From Candidatus Anderseniibacteriota bacterium (GTDB taxonomy: Bacteria; Patescibacteriota; Andersenbacteria; UBA10190): a stretch of DNA of 64,000 bases. Below the pieces are notes generated by a model. It saw only the letters and a list, made by a program, of their open reading frames with translations, did no database searches and was not told the DNA's origin. The translations under genes were made by a program, and so were the position numbers. The stretch is taken from contig JBBDZC010000003.1 in assembly GCA_040900375.1 (NCBI GenBank), positions 586-64,585 of the forward strand. The letters run 5' to 3'. Positions within the stretch are counted from its first letter, which is position 1; each line of letters starts with the position of its first letter. Shown here piece by piece: positions 46,413 through 55,459 of this stretch.

Positions 46413-48721
46413 TGTTTACCGCTGCTGCCATTACTGTTTTCCTGCCCCTTCTCCTGTTCATTATTCCCGGTCTTAGCATGGTGCGCCCCGTTGCTCTCTC
46501 ACCCCTTTCTCTCTTGACCCAAACAGTGCTGTGGAGTGTCAGCCTCTGGATTATTATCTTATTTGCGACCGCCCTCATCGGCCTCCCTAACACCTGGACC
46601 ATTGCCCTAGTAACCGCGACGGCCGGGATCATCGTGGGACAGAACCGTCATGCTTGGCAGGGGCTTTTGTGGCCCAGGCCGCTCTTGCTCATAATTATTG
46701 GTGTAACCATCTATGCCCTCTTTGGCACAATGTATGTCGCTAATCACGACGCCTTACCCTCGGGTGATAGTCAAAAAGCCATCCTGTGGGCGACAGAAAT
46801 TAATACCACGAGCCGACTGCCCGACTACAGTGTCGCACCTGCCCTCCTCAATCGCGATCCGGTTGACTTCTACACACCCGGCCTTCATGTCTTAATCGCC
46901 GCTCTCCTTCAACTAGCTCCCCACCCCGTCATTGCCGTCGGCTTTTTTAGTATTGCTGCCAGCCTGGCAGTTGTTCTCATTGCCACCGCCAGTGCCATTA
47001 AACTTTTTCCCGAACTACCACGATGGTCACTCGCCATCACCTGTGCTCTACTCATCCTTACCAATTTTCGTTTTCTCCGCTACCTACGCGAACCGGGGTA
47101 TCACTTACAGAATATAGTTGGAGAATTATTGCTCTTTGGTCTCCTCTATATCGGTATCCTGCTCTGGCAAGAATGGCGCTGGCGTAACATAGTTTTAGCC
47201 GCCCTCTTGAGTATCGCGCTCGTTATCTCGCATCAATTTTCCGCCTTTCTGGCTATCTTTATTTTACTCCCGCTTACCGTAGCCATGGGCTTACGATATT
47301 TGAGCTTCCATCAGTGGCATCGACATCTAAAACATTCTCGGGGCCTAGTAGCTTTACTCCTCCTGTTGATTATCATGTGGGTTAGCCTCGCCCTCAACCT
47401 TCATCAGAAAATTCCTCACATTTTTACTTTTGATGCTCACTTACGCGGACTAGTCCCCGCCGTAGCGGAATACCCCCGCATCATTGGTGAGGTATGGCTG
47501 TATGCGGGCATTGCCGGTTTAGTCCATATGCTACTGGTGATTAGTAACTGGCACCGCGGCGGCGACCGCCTGCTCTTTGCTATCAGTACCTTTATTATCC
47601 TGCTTATGTCCCGTGGTCCGTATATTGGAATTGATATCCCCCCGGTGCGAGCGCTATTCTATGCAGTTGTGCCCCTTAGTCTAGCCGCGGCATACTTTTT
47701 CGAAACCTTGCGGGCGGCGGTTCGACAATTCCTACCCGCCGCCGCGGTCGCTGCATCCGCTATTATTTTTAGTCTCATCTTGATCAATGGTGCCGTCACC
47801 GCCACCCAAGCTTTTCAGATCGTGCCAATTCGGACTACTTCAACCTTGACTCCCGCACAACAAGCCTTAATTACTTACTTAGAGAGCCAGCCGGAACAAG
47901 CAGCGATCTTAATTGACGATTATAATCAACGAGCAAACTCCTGGTTATTATTAGCCCAAAAACCTCTCTACGCGCGCCTGGCAGCTGAACTTGCCATCCA
48001 AATGGATGAGGCCGAGCAATCCTCGCTCCGCTCGGCACTCTATTTAGCGCAGTTAAATTTTGAAAAAATATTTGCGCTCGGAAGTCTCCCGGAAATCCTG
48101 CCGCTCCTGCACCAGTATAATATCAACTGGGTAACTGGCATTAATAAAAGTAGTAATTCTAGCTTTGCTCACAATCCTATCCTGGCACCTGTTTATCAGG
48201 CTGGTGACACAGTGCTGTACACTATTCGCCCGCCGGAGGCGGCTAAGGCTACCTCGACTAGCCCGCACACTGATTGGCTACTGAAAACGAGTACCCTGGC
48301 TAATGATATCGGTGATAATGAAGACACCTTTGCTCATCTGCCGGCCAGTCTGCACACGTCACGCCTCTCTGCCCCGCGTTTCAATGGTCAGCGAACATAT
48401 CGTGTAACGAGTGCTCCGCGGATTGCGCTCCGTTTTAATATTGGTGATTTTGCTACTCGCCTGTGGGACCAAGATCACACCAATCAAGCTGACACTACCG
48501 TTGAATTGCTGCTGGAGTTTTTACAACCCGTGCCTGATCTGGTACTGGAAACTACTACTGGCCATCAGGAAGCGGTGACTGCTGCCACGCAGATCCTGCG
48601 TCTGTCGCCAGCGCAAGTTCCGTTTGCGCCCGATGGCTTTATTACCGTGTATCTTCTTAACCCCCATCAGCGGCTAGTAGAAATAGATCTGATTGCCTTA
48701 GGATTATCACGAGTCCCCTAA
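46412..48721 (+). CDS. Large polytopic membrane protein, GT-C-like
   Basis: TM-rich N-terminal two-thirds with a GD...FYTPGLH loop and SHQFS; soluble C-terminal domain. Confidence 0.6.
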   Translation: MFTAAAITVFLPLLLFIIPGLSMVRPVALSPLSLLTQTVLWSVSLWIIILFATALIGLPNTWTIALVTATAGIIVGQNRHAWQGLLWPRPLLLIIIGVTIYALFGTMYVANHDALPSGDSQKAILWATEINTTSRLPDYSVAPALLNRDPVDFYTPGLHVLIAALLQLAPHPVIAVGFFSIAASLAVVLIATASAIKLFPELPRWSLAITCALLILTNFRFLRYLREPGYHLQNIVGELLLFGLLYIGILLWQEWRWRNIVLAALLSIALVISHQFSAFLAIFILLPLTVAMGLRYLSFHQWHRHLKHSRGLVALLLLLIIMWVSLALNLHQKIPHIFTFDAHLRGLVPAVAEYPRIIGEVWLYAGIAGLVHMLLVISNWHRGGDRLLFAISTFIILLMSRGPYIGIDIPPVRALFYAVVPLSLAAAYFFETLRAAVRQFLPAAAVAASAIIFSLILINGAVTATQAFQIVPIRTTSTLTPAQQALITYLESQPEQAAILIDDYNQRANSWLLLAQKPLYARLAAELAIQMDEAEQSSLRSALYLAQLNFEKIFALGSLPEILPLLHQYNINWVTGINKSSNSSFAHNPILAPVYQAGDTVLYTIRPPEAAKATSTSPHTDWLLKTSTLANDIGDNEDTFAHLPASLHTSRLSAPRFNGQRTYRVTSAPRIALRFNIGDFATRLWDQDHTNQADTTVELLLEFLQPVPDLVLETTTGHQEAVTAATQILRLSPAQVPFAPDGFITVYLLNPHQRLVEIDLIALGLSRVP

Positions 48722-48727
48722 TACACT

Positions 48728-50197
48728 ATGTCCTCTCCTAAACAATCACGTCTGGCAGGAGCCTTATCATTAGTGATTGCCCAAGCTGTTGTCTTGGTCT
48801 TGGGCTACGTTACTCATTTATGGATTGGCCGGGTGCTCGGCCCCGCTCCCTACGGCATTTACGGCGTAGTTTTAGCGCTGCAATCAATTATAGGATTACT
48901 GCTCACCTTAGGCGTGCCGGTCGCTATCTCGCGATTTGTGGCTCGCGATGAAGCTCACGCTCATAGCATTCTAGCCCAAGGCATTCGTATCCAGACAGTT
49001 ATTGCGTTGCTCGTAGCTCTGACCACGTTGATCTTAAGCCCCCTATTTGCCTCATTGCTCGGTGATGCCTCTCTTACCAATTACATTCGTTTTATTGCTC
49101 TCATTATCTTTTTACAGGCTTATTATCCCATTTTTGTCCAATTCTTAAGCGGTATGCATCGCTTTAATCGCCAAGCCCTCCTCACTATATGCTATGCTGC
49201 CGCCAAGCTTATAGGTGCCCTTTCGTTGATCTATATATTTGGAGTCTATGGAGCATTTGCCGGCTTTGCTGTCGGGGGAGTGGTTGCGGCAGTAGTTGGT
49301 TGGTTATGGACATGGCCCAGCAGTGAACAAGCTCATCGCCAGCTGCCATATAAAGCTTTTCTCCAATTTGCCGGAACCTATGTGCTCATTCTTGTCGGTC
49401 TCCAACTTTTAATTAGCCTCGACTTATTCATGGTTAAGGCTCTCCTTAAAAACGACGTGCTGGCCGGTTACTACAATGCTGCCGTTACCCTTTCTCGTAT
49501 TTCCTACATGCTACTGCAAGCATTAGCCTTTATTCTCCTCCCCAGTGTTTCCGCTCTCACCCGACCCGGTAAATCTCATACTGATGCGGCTCAATTCATT
49601 GCGGAAGCAATCCGCTATCTTATAGCGTTAATTGTCCCTAGTGTCGTTCTTGCCGCTACCACAAGCCGAGCCCTCGTAACATTGTTTTACTCGCACTCGT
49701 ATTTGCCCGCAGCCCCCGTCCTGACTGTTCTCATAGTTGGTATTGGCAGTTTAGCCTTCTACCTTCTTCTCACTAATATTGTTGCTGGCGCTGGTAAGGC
49801 GCGGGTAGGACTCATTCTGACGGTGGGGTTACTGATCGCAAGCGCTGGACTGGGATTCATCTTAATTCCCCAGTATGGACTAATGGGTGCCGCCTGGCAG
49901 ACAACGAGCGTCGGTCTGCTCGGACTTGCTATCTTAGGCGCTTATACCTTTAAAGCATTCGCTATCCATTTCCCTTTACGCAGTACTATCAACATCCTGA
50001 TTGCCACTGCTGTGAGTGCGGTGCCTACCTCTCTCTGGCAAACTGAACCTCTGACACTGCTGCCCCAGTACATTCTCGCCGGTGCGCTATACGTCGCCGT
50101 CTTACTTGTTCTCCAAGAAATTTCTCCCACTGACCGCCAGCGTCTTTCCTCCTTACACCCGCGATTGCATTGGCTCGCTGCTAAAATCTCCTCATGA
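48728..50197 (+). CDS. Wzx-type oligosaccharide flippase
   Basis: RVLGPAPYGIY, AGYYNAA and LIPQYGLMGAA motifs. Confidence 0.88.
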   Translation: MSSPKQSRLAGALSLVIAQAVVLVLGYVTHLWIGRVLGPAPYGIYGVVLALQSIIGLLLTLGVPVAISRFVARDEAHAHSILAQGIRIQTVIALLVALTTLILSPLFASLLGDASLTNYIRFIALIIFLQAYYPIFVQFLSGMHRFNRQALLTICYAAAKLIGALSLIYIFGVYGAFAGFAVGGVVAAVVGWLWTWPSSEQAHRQLPYKAFLQFAGTYVLILVGLQLLISLDLFMVKALLKNDVLAGYYNAAVTLSRISYMLLQALAFILLPSVSALTRPGKSHTDAAQFIAEAIRYLIALIVPSVVLAATTSRALVTLFYSHSYLPAAPVLTVLIVGIGSLAFYLLLTNIVAGAGKARVGLILTVGLLIASAGLGFILIPQYGLMGAAWQTTSVGLLGLAILGAYTFKAFAIHFPLRSTINILIATAVSAVPTSLWQTEPLTLLPQYILAGALYVAVLLVLQEISPTDRQRLSSLHPRLHWLAAKISS

Positions 50198-50784
50198 AAA
50201 CTTGGCACCAAGGCGTGAGTATAATCGCGGCCTCACTCGCCGCCATTGCTCTTATTATTGGCAGTAGCGTCTTGCCTTACGGCCAGCGGGCGGTCAGCCA
50301 AATAGAAAATATTCACGGCGTCTCTTATCCCGTCGAGGATGATTTAATTACCGTGACTGAAGCCTTAGCCCATTTCGATGTTTATTTACAAGAACCTGTT
50401 ATTGCGAAAAAACTCCACTTGACGTTTGACTTTATTCCGTTTGCCGAAGACCATTTGGGCGTGGGCGTCCGGGAGAACTCATTTTGGTTAAGCTATGAGC
50501 CCCAGCTATTCTATCAAGCTGGCTCATCTGATAAAAAAACAACGGCGCTGCATTCAGCCTCTCTCACCATCCCCCTCTCCGACAAAATTCAGGAACGTGA
50601 CCGCTCAATTGACGTTATGTTCATGGCGGCCCCTGCCAACCATCTGCCACTGCCTGACCCTTTGACCGATACGACATACTGGCAGATCAAAAACTTACAT
50701 GCGACGGTTGAGTATGACAAGCCAAGTACATCAGCTTGGCGTGATTTTATTCGCAGTATTATTCGTCGCGAACGAGTCCTATGA
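50194..50784 (+). CDS. Hypothetical membrane-anchored protein
   Basis: N-terminal hydrophobic helix; ATGA overlaps on both sides. Confidence 0.75.
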   Translation: MKTWHQGVSIIAASLAAIALIIGSSVLPYGQRAVSQIENIHGVSYPVEDDLITVTEALAHFDVYLQEPVIAKKLHLTFDFIPFAEDHLGVGVRENSFWLSYEPQLFYQAGSSDKKTTALHSASLTIPLSDKIQERDRSIDVMFMAAPANHLPLPDPLTDTTYWQIKNLHATVEYDKPSTSAWRDFIRSIIRRERVL

Positions 50785-50954
50785 ATATCACTTATCAGTT
50801 GTGGTTCATAAGCCTTACCCTGATAGTGGCCTGCGGCTTGCTGACCGCTCTGCAGTGGTTCCACCCAGCCCTTGTATCACGAGAGATTATTTCGGCTACT
50901 CTCGGTGTAGCTATCGGCAGTGCGCTACTGTCATTAATCTTGACCAAGAAATAG
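50781..50954 (+). CDS. 57-aa two-TM small protein (not in ORF track)
   Basis: MNITYQLWFISLTLIVACGLLTALQWFHPALVSREIISATLGVAIGSALLSLILTKK; ATGA-coupled upstream and ends 3 nt before murJ. Confidence 0.7.
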   Translation: MNITYQLWFISLTLIVACGLLTALQWFHPALVSREIISATLGVAIGSALLSLILTKK

Positions 50955-50957
50955 GGT

Positions 50958-52523
50958 ATGTCGGAAGAAAATAAACAAACACTAGGTTCAGCGAGCCTTA
51001 TTGGCATCACCGCCTTTGGTGGGGCCCTCGTGGGATTCGTCCTGCAACTGTTAGTTGCGTACTATTTTGGCGCCTCCGCGAGCACCGATGCTTTCTTCAT
51101 GGCTGCCTCTACTTCTGAATTACTCGGTAAACTCTTACTGGGCGGTTCTATTACCGCAGTTTTTCTGCCGCTCTTTGTTCAGCGCTTGAGTACTGGGCAA
51201 AAAACTGCTGCCTGGAATCTAGCCCTCAATATTCTTCACGTCTTTGCCGCTCTCTTTCTTGTGCTCATTATTACAGTCGCGTTGTTTACACCCGCCTTTG
51301 TCCGCTTTATTGCTCCCGGTTTTTCACCGGCTACAGCCGCCCTGACAACTACTCTACTCCGCGTGCTTTTGCCCTCCTTTCTCTTCTTATTTTTAGTGGA
51401 TATTGCCGTCGCCATGTTGCATGCGCTCAAACAATTCGCCCTGCCAGCGACGCTGCGCCTAATTGCTCCCACGATCTCCATTATGACGATTGTTGTGCTT
51501 GGTAAAATGATAGGCATTTATGCTCTGGCGCTCGGGGCACTCATTGGCTCTGGCGTCCAACTAATATACGTCGCCTGGGCGCTGCGCCGGCAAGGCTTTA
51601 TCTATCGACCTATTTTCCAGCCATTCAATACCGACATTAAAAAATTACTTTATTTGGTATACCCCTTTATCTTTTCCATGATAGCGACGCAAGCAGCGGG
51701 AATCGTCTATCGTATCCTCGTCTCAGATTTGTCCCCTGGTAGTCTTTCTGCCTTAAAATACGCAGAAAAAATTACCCAGCTTTGTACAATCATCTTTTTA
51801 AACTCTGTTACGATCGTGATCTATCCGCTGTTATCAGAAAAGGCGAGTCACGCTGATACTAATGGCATGCGCACCACCATTGCTTCGGCTATTCGCTTAA
51901 CTACTTTTATTACTATTCCCCTGATTGTCGGCATAGTGGTTTTGCGTGAGCCGCTCATCGCGTTTATCTACCAACGGGGGTCATTCGACACGGAAGCTGC
52001 TCTGTTGACCAGTACTGCCTTACTGTTTCTAATTTTAGGCTTCACCGTTAATGCTGCCAGTTCTATCTTAGGCCATGCTGTCTTGGCATTGCAGCAAACC
52101 CGCGCGGCCGTCGCCGTCACAGTAGCCTCACACGCTGTTGCCATTATGCTTTTTATAACTCTCGTGCCTCGCTTGGCGCACGCTGGCCTAGCCCTGGCTT
52201 CTTCCCTTGTACCGCTTAGTTCCTGTCTGCTGTACTTTTTATACCTTCACCGCCGTATTCCTCATCTCCAGCAAATATTTTGGCAGGGCATATACATCAA
52301 AATTGTCGTGCTGGCCGGGCTTCTCTTTATTGTCTTGCAAGGTATGCTCGCCTTGAGCATGGCTTTCCCGATACCCGTCGGCGTTAATGTCTTATTGCAA
52401 CTAGTCGTGCCGACAATAGTCGGTAGTCTCGTATTTTTTGGGGGAGCTTACCTGTGGCGTATTCCCGAGATGCATGATGTCGTGAGTATCCTTCACAAAA
52501 AGTTGCGTGGCCTAAGGCCTTAA
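50958..52523 (+). CDS. murJ: Lipid II flippase MurJ/MviN
   Basis: AYYFGASASTDAFFMA, IAPGF, SALKYA, YQRGSF and GLALASS motifs. Confidence 0.88.
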   Translation: MSEENKQTLGSASLIGITAFGGALVGFVLQLLVAYYFGASASTDAFFMAASTSELLGKLLLGGSITAVFLPLFVQRLSTGQKTAAWNLALNILHVFAALFLVLIITVALFTPAFVRFIAPGFSPATAALTTTLLRVLLPSFLFLFLVDIAVAMLHALKQFALPATLRLIAPTISIMTIVVLGKMIGIYALALGALIGSGVQLIYVAWALRRQGFIYRPIFQPFNTDIKKLLYLVYPFIFSMIATQAAGIVYRILVSDLSPGSLSALKYAEKITQLCTIIFLNSVTIVIYPLLSEKASHADTNGMRTTIASAIRLTTFITIPLIVGIVVLREPLIAFIYQRGSFDTEAALLTSTALLFLILGFTVNAASSILGHAVLALQQTRAAVAVTVASHAVAIMLFITLVPRLAHAGLALASSLVPLSSCLLYFLYLHRRIPHLQQIFWQGIYIKIVVLAGLLFIVLQGMLALSMAFPIPVGVNVLLQLVVPTIVGSLVFFGGAYLWRIPEMHDVVSILHKKLRGLRP

Positions 52524-52535
52524 TCAAGAATCGTT

Positions 52536-53648
52536 ATGCAATTCGCCGTTATTGAATACAGTAGTAAAACCGGTCGTATTTGGAAGCACACCCCAGCCCG
52601 GCCAAATTACCTGTCTGATCCGCAGCGAGAAATTGATCCGACTAGTTTTGGTTGTTACGTCTCGGCGCTGGCAGGCGAACATGTTCCTCTCATCGGCATG
52701 ATTACTGGCGATATTAACCCCGTAAGCTCCCTGACGCGCTTCACTCGCCGGGTCATTAAAAAACTCACGGGTGCCTGGCCACAGACCTATGACATTTCCT
52801 ATCTAAAAAAGTTCGATACAATCATGCTCGTCCACCAACTAAGTGATGCCCACGAGATTGCCGCCTTCGCCAAGCGACTGCGGCAACTATATCCTCATAT
52901 TTTTATTCTCGGCGTTCCCACTCAACCGTACGGTATATTGAAAGCCCATTTAGAAAACCAGCCGCATGAGCGGCAAACCTTCATTGAATATATGAATGCC
53001 TGTGATCTTTTTTTAACAGTGGTCAAAGACACACAAGCCTGGTATGAATCAATGGCGCGTAAGCCTGTCGTATACTTACCGCAAATTTACCCCGCTCATT
53101 ACGCCTCCCAATTCTTTAAGCCCCGCTCCCACAAACAAAAAGCCTTATTTGTGGCTGGCGTGACCGAGCGTGATAATATTGCCGAGGGTCAGCGGTTAAC
53201 AGCGGCCTTACAACGGCAGTTCCCTGAATACATAATCCGCGTCACCAAAATTCCGGGCCTGAAGCTTGATCTATCGGCGCTGGCGGGGGCGCGATATGAA
53301 GTAGTGGAATTTGCCCAGTGGCGAGAACATCTGCCTTTCCTTGCAGAGCAAATGCTGGTGATCAATACTGACTACTTATTTACCCGTGGCCGCGTCCAAG
53401 TTGATTGCGCCGCCGTTGGCACACCAAGCCTCGGCGCCAACTCTGATGGGCAGACCGATCTATTCCCCGCGCTGGCCGGCGGACCGCACCTGCCCATCGA
53501 AAAGCTGGAGCCACTCGCCCGAAAATTGCTGACGGATAAAGTTTATTACCAGCAAATTACGGATCAAGCTCGTGATAAACTGCAGAAATATGATTATGAG
53601 GAGTCTGCCGTGCGGCTCCAGCTGCTTGTTAAACAATATCGCTCATGA
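52536..53648 (+). CDS. Hypothetical protein, probable divergent GT-B fold
   Basis: Operon-embedded; C-terminal GRVQVDCAAVGTPSLG resembles the GT-B nucleotide-binding segment. Confidence 0.6.
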   Translation: MQFAVIEYSSKTGRIWKHTPARPNYLSDPQREIDPTSFGCYVSALAGEHVPLIGMITGDINPVSSLTRFTRRVIKKLTGAWPQTYDISYLKKFDTIMLVHQLSDAHEIAAFAKRLRQLYPHIFILGVPTQPYGILKAHLENQPHERQTFIEYMNACDLFLTVVKDTQAWYESMARKPVVYLPQIYPAHYASQFFKPRSHKQKALFVAGVTERDNIAEGQRLTAALQRQFPEYIIRVTKIPGLKLDLSALAGARYEVVEFAQWREHLPFLAEQMLVINTDYLFTRGRVQVDCAAVGTPSLGANSDGQTDLFPALAGGPHLPIEKLEPLARKLLTDKVYYQQITDQARDKLQKYDYEESAVRLQLLVKQYRS

Positions 53649-54709
53649 AACGTTTTCTACTGAAACACGTGGGCAACATGGGTGATCTGACTTTTTTTAT
53701 CCCGCCTGTTCTCGCCACATTAAAACGCCATTACCCTGATTGCCATATTACTTTGATTACGGCTTGGGGCTTTAAAGATCGCCGCGGGCGATGGGGAAAA
53801 CGCAATCAAGATGGATTCTGTCTTAATCTTATGATGACTAACCCGCACCTTGACCAACTAGTGCACTGGCATGATACCAAGCTCTCGCTGGCAGCCAAAA
53901 TCTGTGAAGAAGAAGGCCAACGATTTCCCACGTGGAACAAGGAGTACTTTACCCAACAAAAAGAAGCGGGGGGGTACGACGGCGTCTATGAGTTAGATTT
54001 TGGCCTAAAAATTACTGATAATCCAATCCAGAAAATGTATGAAAAGGTTGGCCTGCCGCAAGAAACCTACACCGACTACAAACTATATTTTACTCCCCGT
54101 GACCGAGAAGTAGCCGAGCATGTCACCCGCAAACTGCCGCAACCACGCATAGTCTTGCTTGAAGGCTTGGAAAGTACTACGACGCGAGGCTGGGATCCGG
54201 GAAAAATCACCGGATTAGAACAAGTAATTAAGCAAGTGTATGGGGTACGCCCACTTTGGTTCGGCGCCCGCCACGTACCCTACTTTGAAGGACGCCCGTT
54301 AACACTCCGCGAGAATATTGCTACTTTAACCCTCTGTGATGTGGCTATTGGCGTCCTCTCGGGGCCGCTTCACTTTGCCGCCGCCGCGGGTACACCAACT
54401 CTTACCCTCTACTGTGATCACTCCCTGCAGCGCGCCGCGCCCGCTTACTTCTTAAACCACTACATGCCCGCCGCGGCTCCACGCCACCAGACCCTGCTTG
54501 GTCCTGACAACCCCATCATGAAAACTTTGAAAAATGACACCCCCGCTCTTAATCTCACGCCCCAGGAAGCCCAAACCCAAGGCACTCAAGATTGGCTGCG
54601 ACCTGGCCGGCAAAGTACCAAAACATGTTTAGCGGTAATTACTATCGAGGAAATTATGACAGTCCTAGGGGACATCTTACCTCACCCAGAAGACACTGGT
54701 CATTTCTAG
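53645..54709 (+). CDS. GT9 (heptosyltransferase-like) glycosyltransferase
   Basis: MGDL...PVLATLKRHYP and SGPLHFAAAAGTPTLTLY motifs. Confidence 0.8.
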   Translation: MKRFLLKHVGNMGDLTFFIPPVLATLKRHYPDCHITLITAWGFKDRRGRWGKRNQDGFCLNLMMTNPHLDQLVHWHDTKLSLAAKICEEEGQRFPTWNKEYFTQQKEAGGYDGVYELDFGLKITDNPIQKMYEKVGLPQETYTDYKLYFTPRDREVAEHVTRKLPQPRIVLLEGLESTTTRGWDPGKITGLEQVIKQVYGVRPLWFGARHVPYFEGRPLTLRENIATLTLCDVAIGVLSGPLHFAAAAGTPTLTLYCDHSLQRAAPAYFLNHYMPAAAPRHQTLLGPDNPIMKTLKNDTPALNLTPQEAQTQGTQDWLRPGRQSTKTCLAVITIEEIMTVLGDILPHPEDTGHF

Positions 54710-54741
54710 CTTAAATATACGAGAGCATATATTGTAACGAT

Positions 54742-55452
54742 ATGCACAGTCGTACGCCGTGGGTCCTTATCCCTACGTACAATGAACGGTTGAATATTGA
54801 GCGCATGATTATTGCTTTATTTGCGCTGAATATTCCTCATCTAACCGTCCTCATAGTTGATGATAATTCCCCGGACGGGACCGCTGGTGTCGTGCGTAAT
54901 TTACAAAAAAAATATGATCGCTTAAAACTTGTGGTGCGGGAACATAAAGCGGGGCTTGGACGTGCGTACATTCATGGCTTTGAGTATGCCCTTGCAGCAG
55001 GAGCCAGTGCGGTGGTTCAAATGGACGCAGATTTTTCTCACGACCCCGCCGATGTGCCCCGTCTCCTGGAAAAACTTACTACACATGCGCTTGTCCTAGG
55101 TTCCCGTTACGCTCATGGCATTAGTGTGATTAACTGGCCCCTTCGACGCCTCCTCATCAGCATTATTGGTAATACCTACGCGCGCCTGATTACCGGTATA
55201 CCCTATAAAGACTTAACAGGGGGTTTTAAGGCCTGGCGCGCCCAAGCCCTCCAGGCAATTGCTCTTGAGCAAATTGTAGCTGATGGTTACGGTTTTCAAA
55301 TTGTGGCCACGTACCGTGCTTGGAAAAAAGGTTTATCTATTATCGAGATACCAATTGTCTTCACGGAGCGCCGCGAAGGACAATCAAAAATGAGCAAAGC
55401 AATTATTATTGAGGCGCTGTGGGTAGTCTGGCGACTGCGACTCTTTGGCTAG
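54742..55452 (+). CDS. Polyprenol monophosphomannose synthase-like GT2
   Basis: IPTYNE, DDNSPDGT, GLGRAY, MDADFSHDP, DLTGGF and FTERREGQSKM motifs. Confidence 0.92.
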   Translation: MHSRTPWVLIPTYNERLNIERMIIALFALNIPHLTVLIVDDNSPDGTAGVVRNLQKKYDRLKLVVREHKAGLGRAYIHGFEYALAAGASAVVQMDADFSHDPADVPRLLEKLTTHALVLGSRYAHGISVINWPLRRLLISIIGNTYARLITGIPYKDLTGGFKAWRAQALQAIALEQIVADGYGFQIVATYRAWKKGLSIIEIPIVFTERREGQSKMSKAIIIEALWVVWRLRLFG

Positions 55453-55459
55453 AATTTAA

